DNA of 64,000 nt from Alphaproteobacteria bacterium (lineage in GTDB: Bacteria; Pseudomonadota; Alphaproteobacteria; Bin95): NCBI GenBank assembly GCA_965205265.1, contig CBDBGH010000003.1, positions 864,001 through 928,000 of the forward strand. The letters run 5' to 3'. The position numbers were made by a program, and so were the translations under genes. Position 1 is the stretch's first letter, and each line of letters starts with the position of its first letter. This document shows positions 20,266 through 31,599 of this stretch, piece after piece. The notes beneath the pieces are model-generated. The model saw nothing but the letters and a program-made list of their open reading frames with translations. It was not told where the DNA came from and ran no database searches.

Positions 20266-21999
20266 TCAGATGTCGGCGTATTGCGAGACTTCGCCGCCGC
20301 CGCCCGGATGGGTGACAGCGCCCTTGCGCGCGGAGCCGACGGTCTGGGCGTATTTCCAGATCGACCCCGATCCGAACTCCGGCGGCGGCGAGACCCGGGT
20401 CTTCGCGCGCTCCGCCATTTCGGCCTCGGAGAGGTCCACATCCAGCGTGCCCGCCACGGCGTCGATGCGGATCGTGTCGCCGTCGCGCAAGAGCCCGATG
20501 GGGCCGCCCTCGGCCGCCTCGGGCCCGACATGGCCGATGCAGAAGCCGCGCGTCGCGCCGGAGAAGCGCCCGTCCGTGACCAGCGCCACCGACTCGCCGA
20601 GTCCGCGCCCGTAGATCGCCGAGGTCGTCGCCAGCATCTCGCGCATGCCGGGCCCGCCCTTGGGGCCTTCGTAGCGGATGACGATGACATCGCCCGCCTG
20701 GATGCGCCCGTCGATCACGGCGTCGAAGGCTTCTTCCTCGCGGTCGAAGCAGCGCGCCGGGCCCTCGAACTTCAGCACGTCCATGCCCGCGACCTTCACG
20801 ATCGCGCCGTCCGGGGCGAGGCTGCCCTGGAGGCCGACCACGCCGCCCGTCTCGCTGAGCGGCGTCTTCACCGGATAGACGACCTTCTGGTCGGTCGGGA
20901 AGGCGATGTCCTCGAGGTTCTCGGCCATGGTCTTGCCGGTGACGGTGATGCAGTCGCCGTGCAACAGGCCGTTGTCGAACAGCTCGCGCAGCAGGATCGG
21001 GATGCCGCCGGCGTCGTACATGTCCTTGGCGACATATTGCCCGCCGGGCTGCAGGTCGCAAATATAAGGCGTCGTGCGGAAGATCTCGGCGATCTCCAGC
21101 AGGTCGAAATCGATGCCCGCCTCATGCGCGATGGCCGGCAGGTGCAGGCCGGCATTGGTGGACCCGCCGGAGGCCGCGACCACGCGGGCGGCGTTTTCCA
21201 GCGACTTGCGGGTGACGATGTCGCGCGGGCGCAAGCCCAGCTCGATCAGGTTCATCACCTGCCTGCCGGCCTCCTCGCAATAGGCGTCGCGCGAAAGGTA
21301 GGGAGCGGGCGCAGAGCAGGAATGCGGGAGCGCGAGCCCGATGGCCTCGGCAACGGTCGCCATGGTGTTGGCCGTGAACTGGCCGCCGCAGGCCCCGCCC
21401 GAGGGGCAGGCGCATTCCTCCAGCTCCTTCAGGTCGGCGTCGCTGAACTCGCCGGACGCATGCTTGCCCACGCCCTCGAAGACATTCTGGATGGTGACGT
21501 TCCGGCCGCGGAAATTGCCGGGCAGGATCGCGCCGCCATAGAGGAAGATCGACGGCACGTTGAGGCGCACCTGCGCCATCATCATGCCGGGCAGCGACTT
21601 GTCGCAGCCGGCGAGCCCGACCAGCGCATCGTAGCAATGGCCGCGCATGGTGAGCTCGACCGAGTCCGCAATCACCTCGCGCGACACCAGCGAGGCCTTC
21701 ATGCCCTGGTGGCCCATGGCGATGCCGTCGGTGACGGTGATCGTCGTGAATTCGCGCGGCGTGCCCTCGGCGGCTTTGACGCCGGCCTTCACCGCCTGCG
21801 CCTGGCGGGAAAGCGTGATGTTGCAGGGCGCAGCCTCGTTCCAGCAGGTCGCGACGCCCACGAGCGGGGCGTGGATTTCCTCCTCCGTCATGCCCATGGC
21901 GTAGTAGAAGGAGCGGTGCGGCGCCTTGGACGGCCCTTCGGTAACGTGCCGGCTCGGCAGCCTGGACTTGTCGAAGCGTGACCCTTCGTCGAGTGGCAT
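20266..21999 (-). CDS. ilvD: Dihydroxy-acid dehydratase
   Basis: [54 protein letters not shown]. Confidence 0.97.
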   Translation of the reverse strand: MPLDEGSRFDKSRLPSRHVTEGPSKAPHRSFYYAMGMTEEEIHAPLVGVATCWNEAAPCNITLSRQAQAVKAGVKAAEGTPREFTTITVTDGIAMGHQGMKASLVSREVIADSVELTMRGHCYDALVGLAGCDKSLPGMMMAQVRLNVPSIFLYGGAILPGNFRGRNVTIQNVFEGVGKHASGEFSDADLKELEECACPSGGACGGQFTANTMATVAEAIGLALPHSCSAPAPYLSRDAYCEEAGRQVMNLIELGLRPRDIVTRKSLENAARVVAASGGSTNAGLHLPAIAHEAGIDFDLLEIAEIFRTTPYICDLQPGGQYVAKDMYDAGGIPILLRELFDNGLLHGDCITVTGKTMAENLEDIAFPTDQKVVYPVKTPLSETGGVVGLQGSLAPDGAIVKVAGMDVLKFEGPARCFDREEEAFDAVIDGRIQAGDVIVIRYEGPKGGPGMREMLATTSAIYGRGLGESVALVTDGRFSGATRGFCIGHVGPEAAEGGPIGLLRDGDTIRIDAVAGTLDVDLSEAEMAERAKTRVSPPPEFGSGSIWKYAQTVGSARKGAVTHPGGGGEVSQYADI

Positions 22000-22158
22000 G
22001 GGACAGGCGTCTCCCGATGTTGCGGTGCTGTGGAGAAAGGTTGGCCGCACTTTAGACCGGGCCGCGATGAGGCGGAAGGCGCTTGGGGCCGGGTATGCCT
22101 GTTCCGGAGCGAAGGCTATATTCGTTTCGCGGCCCTGCAGCGCAGTGGAGAGGAGATC

Positions 22159-22752
22159 ATGCACGACCACGACCATGAGCCCGGCGCGCTCGAACTCCGG
22201 GTGCAGGCGCTGGAATCGCTGCTGGTGGAGCGGGGCTATGTCGATCCCGAAGCGATGGACCGGCTGATCGAGACCTATGAGCATGAGGTCGGGCCGCATA
22301 ACGGGGCGCAGGTGGTGGCGCGCGCCTGGACCGACCCGGACTACAGGGCGCGCCTGCTTTCCGACGGCTCTGGCGCCATCGCCGAACTCGGCTTCACCGG
22401 CCGGCAGGGCGAGCACATGGTCGTCGTCGAGAACACGGCCGACGTCCACAACCTCGTCGTCTGCACGCTCTGCTCCTGCTACCCGTGGCCGGTGCTGGGG
22501 CTGCCGCCGGTCTGGTACAAGGCGCCGCCCTACCGCGCCCGCGCCGTGATCGAGCCGCGCGCCGTGCTCGCGGAATTCGGCTTGGAGGTGGCCGGGGATG
22601 TCGAGGTCAGGGTCTGGGATTCGACCGCCGAAATCCGCTACCTGGTGCTGCCCGAACGGCCTGCCGGCACGGAAGGCTGGGGCGCGGATGCGCTCGCCGG
22701 TCTGGTCACGCGCGATGCCATGATCGGCACGGCCAGGGTCGCGGCCCCATGA
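22159..22752 (+). CDS. nthA: Cobalt-type nitrile hydratase alpha subunit
   Basis: VCTLCSCY metal site (Thr/Tyr mark the Co type), [10 protein letters not shown]. Confidence 0.96.
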   Translation: MHDHDHEPGALELRVQALESLLVERGYVDPEAMDRLIETYEHEVGPHNGAQVVARAWTDPDYRARLLSDGSGAIAELGFTGRQGEHMVVVENTADVHNLVVCTLCSCYPWPVLGLPPVWYKAPPYRARAVIEPRAVLAEFGLEVAGDVEVRVWDSTAEIRYLVLPERPAGTEGWGADALAGLVTRDAMIGTARVAAP

Positions 22753-23375
22753 ACGGCGCGCACGACCTGGGCGGCATGCACGGCTTCGGCCCGGTGGGGC
22801 CGGAGGCGGACGAACCGGTCTTCCATGCGGAGTGGGAGCGGCGCGCCTTCGCCCTCACGCTCGCCATGGGTTTCACCGGGCAATGGAACCTCGACAAGTC
22901 CCGCCATGCGCGCGAGACCATGCCGCCCGCCGACTATCTGGCGACCTCCTATTACGAGCATTGGCTGTTCGGGCTCGAGGCGCTGATGGCCGAGCGCGGC
23001 CTGCTGGAAGGCGCGCCGGCGAAGCTCCGGCGGCTGGATGCGGGGAATGTGGAGAAGGCGCTGAAGACCGGCGGCCCGACGGAGCGCGAGACCGAATCCG
23101 CCCCGGCCTTTGCGCCCGGCGACAGGGTGCGCGCGCTGAACATCCACCCTGTCGGCCACACCCGCCTGCCGCGCTATTGCCGCGGCCGTATCGGCATAGT
23201 CGAGCGGCTTTGGGGGGCGCATGTCTATCCCGACTCCCACGCCGCCACCGGGGACCAGGACCCGCGCCACCTCTACAGCGTGCGCTTCTCCGCGCGCGAA
23301 CTCTGGGGGCCGTCCGCCTCGGCGACGGACACGGTCATGATCGACCTCTGGGAACCCTATCTGGAGCGGGCGTGA
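22749..23375 (+). CDS. nthB: Nitrile hydratase beta subunit
   Basis: [36 protein letters not shown]. Confidence 0.96.
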   Translation: MNGAHDLGGMHGFGPVGPEADEPVFHAEWERRAFALTLAMGFTGQWNLDKSRHARETMPPADYLATSYYEHWLFGLEALMAERGLLEGAPAKLRRLDAGNVEKALKTGGPTERETESAPAFAPGDRVRALNIHPVGHTRLPRYCRGRIGIVERLWGAHVYPDSHAATGDQDPRHLYSVRFSARELWGPSASATDTVMIDLWEPYLERA

Positions 23376-23665
23376 CGCCGGACGCGCCGTTCGAGGAGCC
23401 CTGGCAGGCGCGGGCCTTCGCCATGACGGTGCGCCTGCACGAGGCGGGGCATTTCACCTGGCCCGCCTGGTCGGAGCATCTCGGCCGCGCGCTTCGCGCC
23501 GAACCCGAGCGGCCCTATTGGGAAAGCTGGCTTGCAGCGCTGGAGGAATTGACGGCGGGAAGCGGCCTCGCGGGCGCCGCTGAACTGGACGATCGTCAGG
23601 AGGCCTGGCGCCGCGCCCACGCGGAAACGCCGCACGGGCAAGCCGTCCGCCTCCCGGATCAGTAG
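23372..23665 (+). CDS. Nitrile hydratase accessory protein (P14K-like)
   Basis: PFEEPWQARAFA, FTW..W, YWESWLAALE, TPHG; GTG overlaps the nthB stop. Confidence 0.9.
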   Translation: MTPDAPFEEPWQARAFAMTVRLHEAGHFTWPAWSEHLGRALRAEPERPYWESWLAALEELTAGSGLAGAAELDDRQEAWRRAHAETPHGQAVRLPDQ

Positions 23666-24849
23666 GAGCGGGGCAGGCCGAGGACGTGCTCGGCGAGATA
23701 GGCCAGCACGAGGTTGGTCGAGATCGGCGCCGTGCGGTAAAGGCGCGCCTCGCGGAATTTGCGCTCGATGTCGTACTCCTCCGCGAAGGCGAAGCCGCCA
23801 TAGGTCTGCATGCACACATCGCCCGCCTTCCAGGAGGCTTCGGCGCAGAGATGCTTGGCCATGTTGGCCTCCGGACCGCAGGGCTCGCCCGCCTCGAACA
23901 GCGCGGCCGCCTTGCGCATCATCAGCTCCGCCGCGGCGGTCTGCGCGTAAGCCTCCGCGATCGGGAACTGGATGCCCTGGTTCTGGCCGATCGGGCGCCC
24001 GAACACGCTGCGGTCGTTGGCGTATGCCACAGCGCGGTCGATGAAGAACCGGGCGTCGCCCAGCGCGTCGGACGCCACCAGGATGCGCTCGGCGTTCATG
24101 CCGTCCAGGATGTAGCGGAAGCCCCGGCCCTCCTCGCCGATCAAGGCGTCGGCCGGAATGCGCATATTGTCGAAGAACAGCTCGTTGGTCTGGTGGTTTA
24201 TCATGGTGCGGATCGGGCGGATCTCCAGCCCGTTGCCGAGCGCCTCGCGCATGTCCACCAGGAAGACCGACAGCCCGTCGGTCCGCTTCGCCACCCGGTC
24301 CTTCGGCGTGGTGCGCGCCAGCAGCAGCATGAGGTCCGAATATTGCGCGCGGCTCGTCCAGATCTTCTGGCCGTTCACGACATAGCCGTTGCCGTCCCGC
24401 ACCGCTGTCGTGCGGAGGCTCAGCGTGTCCGTGCCGCTGCTCGGCTCCGTGACGCCGAACGCTTGGAGCCGCAGTTCGCCCGTTGCGATCTTCGGCAGGT
24501 AGCGCTGCTTCTGCTCGTCGCTGCCGTGGCGGAGCAGGGTGCCCATGATGTACATCTGGGCGTGGCAGGCGCCGGCATTGCAGCCCGAGGCGTTGACTTC
24601 CTCCAGCACCGCGCTGCCGGCCGAGATCGGCAGGCCCGAGCCGCCGTATTCCTCCGGGATCAGCACCGCCAGGTAGCCGGCGTCGGTCAGCGCCTTGACG
24701 AAGGCCTCCGGATATTCGCGGTTGCGGTCGAGCTCCCGCCAGTAGTCGCCCGGATAGTTGGCGCAGAGCCGGCGCACCGCCTCGCGGATTTCGGGCCAGG
24801 TCTCGCCGACCTCCATCGTGATGGGGTGGGCCTCGTTCATCGCATCCAT
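23659..24849 (-). CDS. Acyl-CoA dehydrogenase
   Basis: IPEEYGG, TEPSSGTD, NGQKIWTS, R.VFGRPI...Q, GGFAFAEEY.IER. Confidence 0.93.
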   Translation of the reverse strand: MDAMNEAHPITMEVGETWPEIREAVRRLCANYPGDYWRELDRNREYPEAFVKALTDAGYLAVLIPEEYGGSGLPISAGSAVLEEVNASGCNAGACHAQMYIMGTLLRHGSDEQKQRYLPKIATGELRLQAFGVTEPSSGTDTLSLRTTAVRDGNGYVVNGQKIWTSRAQYSDLMLLLARTTPKDRVAKRTDGLSVFLVDMREALGNGLEIRPIRTMINHQTNELFFDNMRIPADALIGEEGRGFRYILDGMNAERILVASDALGDARFFIDRAVAYANDRSVFGRPIGQNQGIQFPIAEAYAQTAAAELMMRKAAALFEAGEPCGPEANMAKHLCAEASWKAGDVCMQTYGGFAFAEEYDIERKFREARLYRTAPISTNLVLAYLAEHVLGLPRSY

Positions 24850-24920
24850 GGGGTCCGCCGCCGCTTCCGTTCCACAGTCGCGCCGGAGTAAACCGGAAGC
24901 GCCCGTGCGAATCCAGCGCG

Positions 24921-26054
24921 CTACCGGCGGCCCCGCGCGTCCACCGGCCAGATCGCTTCCAGCGCCTCGCCGCGCATGGCGTGATAGACGTCGTAGAGAT
25001 TGACCGTCGGGTCGCAATGCGGCGGGTGCAGCTCGACGATCTCCCCGACCTTGAGCCGCGCGGGGTTGTCCTCGGCATAGTGGACGCGGCCGTGCTCGTC
25101 GCCGGCGAAGCTGAAGGTCGCGCCCTCCGGCGCGCCGCGCGCAAACAGCGGCATCGGCCCGTCCGTCGCAAGCGCCTTGAGGCCCGCGTCGATGATGGCG
25201 AACTCGTCTCCCGCCGCGCTCACCACCGTCGCCATCACGAACATGGCGGGCTCGAACGGGCCGGAGCCGTCCTCGGTCAGCGCCACCCTGCCGTAATCCA
25301 CATCCATCACCGCAAAGCTGCCGGCCTGGAGCTCGCCCAGCACGCCGTGGCGGTAGTCGAGATCGTGCGTGCCCGTGCCGCCGCCCGTGACCAGCGGCGG
25401 CGCGAGGCCCGCATCCGCCAGCACCGACGAGACATGCGCGAGGCGCTCCGACACGGCCGCCACCGCCTCGGCGCGCTCGCCGTAGTCATAGACATGCTGG
25501 AGGTGGCCGGCATAGCCCTGGATGCCGGCGAAGACGAGGCCCGGCGCCTCGTCGATCTGACGCGCCAGCGCCACCGCCGCCTGCGCCGAAAGCACGCCGG
25601 TGCGCCGCGTGCCGACATCGATATCGACCAGCAACGAGAGCGGCTTGCCGGTCGCCGCCTCCGCCAGCGCCGCGACCGCGCCCGGGTCGTCGGCGACCGC
25701 CATCAGCCCCTCGGCGGTCTCGTTCAGCGCCACCAGCCGGGCGGTGCGGCCGGGCCCGACCACGGGCGAGGTGACGAGCACGCCCGGAATGCCCGCGCCC
25801 GCCAGCACCTCCGCCTCGCCCAGCGTCGCGCAGCACTGGCCGACCGCGCCCGCCGCGATCTGCCGGCGCGCGACCTCGATGCTCTTGTGGGTCTTGGCAT
25901 GCGGGCGCAGCGCCTGCCCGGTCCGTCGGCAATGCGCCGCCATGCGCGCGATATTGCGGTCGAGCGCGTCGAGGTCGAGCAGCAGGGCCGGCGTATTGAG
26001 CCTGGCGCGCCCTCCGGCCTCACCGATCAGATGTGCATTGGACCCCGGTTCCAT
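24921..26054 (-). CDS. DSD1/D-threonine aldolase family PLP enzyme
   Basis: TPALLLD, LRPHAKTHK, GGGTGT, ELQAGS, DAGLK, GDEHG, HCDPTVN. Confidence 0.9.
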   Translation of the reverse strand: MEPGSNAHLIGEAGGRARLNTPALLLDLDALDRNIARMAAHCRRTGQALRPHAKTHKSIEVARRQIAAGAVGQCCATLGEAEVLAGAGIPGVLVTSPVVGPGRTARLVALNETAEGLMAVADDPGAVAALAEAATGKPLSLLVDIDVGTRRTGVLSAQAAVALARQIDEAPGLVFAGIQGYAGHLQHVYDYGERAEAVAAVSERLAHVSSVLADAGLAPPLVTGGGTGTHDLDYRHGVLGELQAGSFAVMDVDYGRVALTEDGSGPFEPAMFVMATVVSAAGDEFAIIDAGLKALATDGPMPLFARGAPEGATFSFAGDEHGRVHYAEDNPARLKVGEIVELHPPHCDPTVNLYDVYHAMRGEALEAIWPVDARGRR

Positions 26055-26191
26055 GAGCCGTCTCTCCCTCCCGCTGCAGTGGTCGCCCGACTTTACATGG
26101 TGCCGGCAGTATGCGCAGCGCCCCCGCCTCTTCCTCCGGGGGGCGGGGCATGGCAGCATTGGCGGGAGCCAGAATAGGAGGCGACACGCCC

Positions 26192-26674
26192 ATGTCCCCG
26201 CGCGCTCCGGCGCCGCAGCGCGGCTTCGAGGATTTCCGGGTCGGAGAGACCTTCCACGCGCCTTCGCGCACCCATTCCGAATCGCTGTTCTACGCCTTCC
26301 AGCTTGCGAGCGGCGACAATGCGCCGGTGCATTACGACATCGAGCATTGCCGCTCGCGCGGCTGGCCGGGCCTGATGGCGCACGGCTTCCAGACGCTGAT
26401 CCAGACCGCGCCCGGCGCGACCGGCCTCGCCGCCGAGATGGAGGATGCGCTGGTTGGCTTCCTGGAGCAGTCGAGCCGTTTTCTGAAGCCCGTCTTCTCC
26501 GGCGACACGCTCTATCCCGAGCTCGAGATCGTGGCGCTGGAGCCGCAGCGCACCACCGGCGTGATGACGCTCGCGAGCCGGGTGTGGAACCAGCGCGAAG
26601 AGCTTGTGCTGGAAGGCCGGATGCGCTTCCTGCTGCGCCTGAAGGAGCCGCGGGCGGCGGACGCGGCGGACTGA
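26192..26674 (+). CDS. MaoC-family dehydratase
   Basis: ASGDNAPVHYD, AHG, FLKPVFSGDTL. Confidence 0.88.
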   Translation: MSPRAPAPQRGFEDFRVGETFHAPSRTHSESLFYAFQLASGDNAPVHYDIEHCRSRGWPGLMAHGFQTLIQTAPGATGLAAEMEDALVGFLEQSSRFLKPVFSGDTLYPELEIVALEPQRTTGVMTLASRVWNQREELVLEGRMRFLLRLKEPRAADAAD

Positions 26675-26692
26675 CGGGAGGAGACGGGTTCC

Positions 26693-27541
26693 ATGACGCT
26701 GGAGATACGGCCTCTTTGCGACGCGCTGGGCGCAGAGGTCACGGGCCTCGACCTGACGCGGCCGCTGGACGAGGCGGACGCGGCGGCAGTGCGCGAGGCG
26801 TTCCTCGACCGCCACCTGCTCTGCTTCCGCTCCGAGCCGCTTTCGCCCGAGGATTTCCTGCGCGCCGCCCGCCTTTTCGGCGAGCCGCAATTGCAGCTCC
26901 TCCGCCATCGCCGCCACGGCGAGACGCCGGAGGTCTCGATGCTGGAGAGCACCTATAAACGGCCCGAGGACAAGCCGGACGACCTTGCCCTCGTGCGCCT
27001 CTCCGGCTGGCACACGGACGACAGCTATTTCGCCGCGCCCGCCAAGGCGACCATGCTGCAGTCGCTGGCGCTTCCGTCCTCCGGCGGCGAGACCCGCTTC
27101 TGCAACACCCGCCGGGCCTGGGAGGCGCTGGATGAGGACGTGAAGGCGCGGATCGAGGGCGCTGAGGCGGTCCACGGCTACGACACGCCGCGCGCGCCGG
27201 GCCGGGCCGAGACGCGCACGGCCGAGGAGGCCGCCGAGACGCCGGACGTGGTGCATCCGCTCGTCCGCACCCATGAGGACACAGGCAGGAAGGCGATCTA
27301 TTTCAACCCGAACCGCACCGACCGCGTGGTCGGGCTGGAGCGGGCGGAGAGCGACGCGCTGCTCGACGGCCTTTACGCGCATATGACCGCCGACCGCTTC
27401 CGCTACGACCACTCCTGGCGGCTGGGGGATATCCTGCTCTGGGACAATCGTTGCCTGGTGCATTCGGTGAACACGGACTTCCCCGTGGGCGAGGAGCGCC
27501 GGCACCAGCGCATCCTGCTGAAGGGAGGCAAACCGGTATGA
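26693..27541 (+). CDS. TauD/TfdA Fe(II)/2OG dioxygenase
   Basis: WHTD, GGETRF, HPLVRTH, WDNR..VH. Confidence 0.92.
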   Translation: MTLEIRPLCDALGAEVTGLDLTRPLDEADAAAVREAFLDRHLLCFRSEPLSPEDFLRAARLFGEPQLQLLRHRRHGETPEVSMLESTYKRPEDKPDDLALVRLSGWHTDDSYFAAPAKATMLQSLALPSSGGETRFCNTRRAWEALDEDVKARIEGAEAVHGYDTPRAPGRAETRTAEEAAETPDVVHPLVRTHEDTGRKAIYFNPNRTDRVVGLERAESDALLDGLYAHMTADRFRYDHSWRLGDILLWDNRCLVHSVNTDFPVGEERRHQRILLKGGKPV

Positions 27542-28404
27542 GCGTACAATTCGAGCCGTTGTCGCCGGCTGTCGGCGCGGAAGTCAGGGGCGTGGACCCG
27601 CGCCGGCCTCTCGACGCGGGAACCGTGGCGGAGGTGGAGGCGGCGTTCGCGGAATACGGCGTGCTGCTGTTCCGCGACGCGCCGATGGACCCGGGCGAGC
27701 TCATGGCGTTCTCCCGCCATTTCGGCCCCCTCCAGCCGCATGTGCAGCGCGCCTACCACCATCCCGATGCGCCGGATGTTGTGGTGATGACCAACCAGCA
27801 TGCCGACGGCAGTTTCGACGAGACCGGCGCCCGGCGCGGCGCCATCGAGAATGTCCGCAACGGCTGGCATTCGGACCTCGCCTATGACGCGATACCCGCC
27901 AAGGCGACGCTCCTGCATGCGACGAACGTGCCGTCCTCGGGCGGCAATACCTGCTTCGCCAGCACCGCCGCCGCCTATGAGGCGCTGCCGGAGGAGACGC
28001 GGGAACGCGCGCGCGGGCTCGAATGCCTGTTCGTCTATGGCATGGACCAGCGCAACAAGAGCCTCGCCATCGCGGCGCAGAGCCTGGACAAGGAGGAGCG
28101 CGCTGTGCATCCGGTCATCAACGCCCATGCGGCGACCGGACGGGCGGCGATCTATGCCAATCCGATGTCCACCGTCGGCATTGTCGGCATGGAGCAGGAG
28201 GAAGCGGACCGGCTGCTGGACGAGTTGTTCGACATGCTGGACCGGCCGGAATTCCGCTGGGAGCATGAGTGGTCTGTCGGCGACACGCTGATGTGGGACA
28301 ATCGCGGCGGCGTCATGCATTGCGGACGCCTCGACTACCCCCGCAACGAACTCCGCCGCTTCCTGCGCACGACGGTCACCGGCGGCCCCATCCTGCCGGC
28401 CTGA
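27538..28404 (+). CDS. TauD/TfdA Fe(II)/2OG dioxygenase
   Basis: WHSD, GGNT.F, HPVI..H, WDNR...MH; ATGA overlap with the previous gene. Confidence 0.92.
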   Translation: MSVQFEPLSPAVGAEVRGVDPRRPLDAGTVAEVEAAFAEYGVLLFRDAPMDPGELMAFSRHFGPLQPHVQRAYHHPDAPDVVVMTNQHADGSFDETGARRGAIENVRNGWHSDLAYDAIPAKATLLHATNVPSSGGNTCFASTAAAYEALPEETRERARGLECLFVYGMDQRNKSLAIAAQSLDKEERAVHPVINAHAATGRAAIYANPMSTVGIVGMEQEEADRLLDELFDMLDRPEFRWEHEWSVGDTLMWDNRGGVMHCGRLDYPRNELRRFLRTTVTGGPILPA

Positions 28405-28558
28405 GGCACCGGCACAAGGGACTTGCAATGACCTTCCGCACCAGGAAACGGGCGCCGGGCGTCTTCCCGGAAGCCCTGCCGGCATTGGCGGCTGCCGATC
28501 CGAAGGTAGGCCTGCGCGTTCGGATTCGGCCAGCCCGGCCGTTGTCTGGATAGCTGTA

Positions 28559-30325
28559 GTGAGCGACGCCGGGCCCGGGGAACGCGAAAGCGTACGCTAC
28601 CAGCCGGACGAAAGCCCGCCTCTGCCGATTGCGGCTGCCCTGGGCTCTCAGTATGCGATCCTCATCATCGCGCGGATCGTGGTCGTTCCCGTCGTGATCG
28701 TGCGGGCGGCCGGCGGCAGCGAGGCCGATCTTTCCTGGGTCCTGTTCGCCGCGATCGCGGTCTGCGGCGTCACCACCATGATGCAGGCGCTCAGATTCGG
28801 CCGCCTCGGATCCGGTTACGTCGCCGTGATGGGCACATCGCTTGCGGTGGTCGGCGTGGGCGTCACGGCGGTGGCCGAAGGCGGCCTGCCTCTGCTCGCT
28901 ACCCTGGTGCTCTTTGCATCTGCGGTTCCGCTGGCATTGTCCTTCCGGCTTACACTGTTTCGCAAGGTTCTCACTCCGACCGTCTCGGGCACGGTCATCA
29001 TGCTGATCCCGGCCACCCTGATGCCATCGGCCTTCGGGCTGTTGACGGATGTGCCGGCCGGCACGCCGGACGCGGCCGCCCCGCTATGCGCCGGTGCGGC
29101 GCTGCTCGTCATCGTTGTCACCACGCTGGAGGGAACCGCCCGGATGCGTCTCTGGTCTCCGGTGATCGGGGTGATCGCGGGTTGCCTGGTGGCCCTTTAT
29201 TTCGGCCTCTACGACGCGAACGCCGTCTTCGCGGCGTCGTGGATCGGCTTTCCGGTCGCTGGCTGGCCTGGCCTCGATCTGGACTTCGGGACGGCGTTCT
29301 GGGCGCTTCTTCCCGCATTCGTGCTGGTAGCCCTGATCGAGAGCGTGCAGACGATCAGTTGCGCCGTCGCCGTTCAGCGCGCCTCCTGGCGCCGGCCGCG
29401 CGCGGTGGATTTCCGGGCGGTCCAGGGCGCAGCGGCGACCGCCGGCGTCGGCAACATGCTGGCCGGCATCGCAGGCACGGTTCCGAACACCCTGCTTTCG
29501 ACCAGCGCGGCGGTGACGGACCTGACCGGCGCCGCCGCGCGGCGCATCGGCGTTGCCGCCGGTGCGGTGTTCATTGCCATGGCGTTCCTGCCCAAGGTTC
29601 GCGCTGCGGTTCTGGCGATACCGGGTCCGGTCGTCTCGGCCTATCTGTTCGTATTGATGACCGCGCTGTTCGTTCTGGGCATGAAGATGGTCGTCCAGGG
29701 CGGCGTCGATTACCGCAAGGGCCTGATCGCAGGCGCCGGGTTCTGGGCGGGCGTCGGCTTCCAATACGGCGCGATATTCCCGGAGTTCACCCGTGAGTTT
29801 GCGGGCGGCCTGCTGCAAAGCGGCGTCACCGCGGGCGGCCTCGTGGCCATTCTGTTGACCCTGTTCACGGAGGCGACGAAGTCCCGTCCGAGCCGGATAA
29901 GGACAGTTTGCGATATTGAGGCGTTGCCGGAGATCCGGGAATTCCTGGCCGCATTCGCCTCCCGCAGCGGCTGGGGCGAGGCGATGGCGCGCCGTCTCGA
30001 CGCCGTCGCGGAGGAGATGGTGCTGACGCTCCTCGACCGTAGCGAGGACCGCCGGGGCCCCGAGCGCCGGAGCCTGTCGCTGACGGCCCGCAGGGAGGAC
30101 GGCCGGGCGGTCCTGGAGATAGTCGCCGCTCCCGGGGACGGCAATCTCGAGGACCGCATTGCGCTGCTCGGCGAAGCCGAGACCGAAACGCCGACAGAGC
30201 GGGAGATATCGCTCCGGCTACTGCGGCATCTCGCGTCCTCGATTCGCCACGAACAGTATCGCGACGCCGAATTCGTGACCCTCCGCGTCGATGCTCCGGA
30301 CGGGCGTTCCGGCGCCCGGTCCTGA
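28559..30325 (+). CDS. NCS2 (xanthine/uracil permease) family transporter with a C-terminal HATPase-like extension
   Basis: RYQPDE.P, TTMMQ...GRLG, TP.VSGTVIMLI, IPGPV; ~135-aa soluble tail. Confidence 0.8.
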   Translation: MSDAGPGERESVRYQPDESPPLPIAAALGSQYAILIIARIVVVPVVIVRAAGGSEADLSWVLFAAIAVCGVTTMMQALRFGRLGSGYVAVMGTSLAVVGVGVTAVAEGGLPLLATLVLFASAVPLALSFRLTLFRKVLTPTVSGTVIMLIPATLMPSAFGLLTDVPAGTPDAAAPLCAGAALLVIVVTTLEGTARMRLWSPVIGVIAGCLVALYFGLYDANAVFAASWIGFPVAGWPGLDLDFGTAFWALLPAFVLVALIESVQTISCAVAVQRASWRRPRAVDFRAVQGAAATAGVGNMLAGIAGTVPNTLLSTSAAVTDLTGAAARRIGVAAGAVFIAMAFLPKVRAAVLAIPGPVVSAYLFVLMTALFVLGMKMVVQGGVDYRKGLIAGAGFWAGVGFQYGAIFPEFTREFAGGLLQSGVTAGGLVAILLTLFTEATKSRPSRIRTVCDIEALPEIREFLAAFASRSGWGEAMARRLDAVAEEMVLTLLDRSEDRRGPERRSLSLTARREDGRAVLEIVAAPGDGNLEDRIALLGEAETETPTEREISLRLLRHLASSIRHEQYRDAEFVTLRVDAPDGRSGARS

Positions 30326-30350
30326 ACCGGGGGAGCGACTGTGTTGTCGG

Positions 30351-31583
<1,233 letters not shown>

Positions 31584-31599
31584 CTACAAGGAGCCTGCG

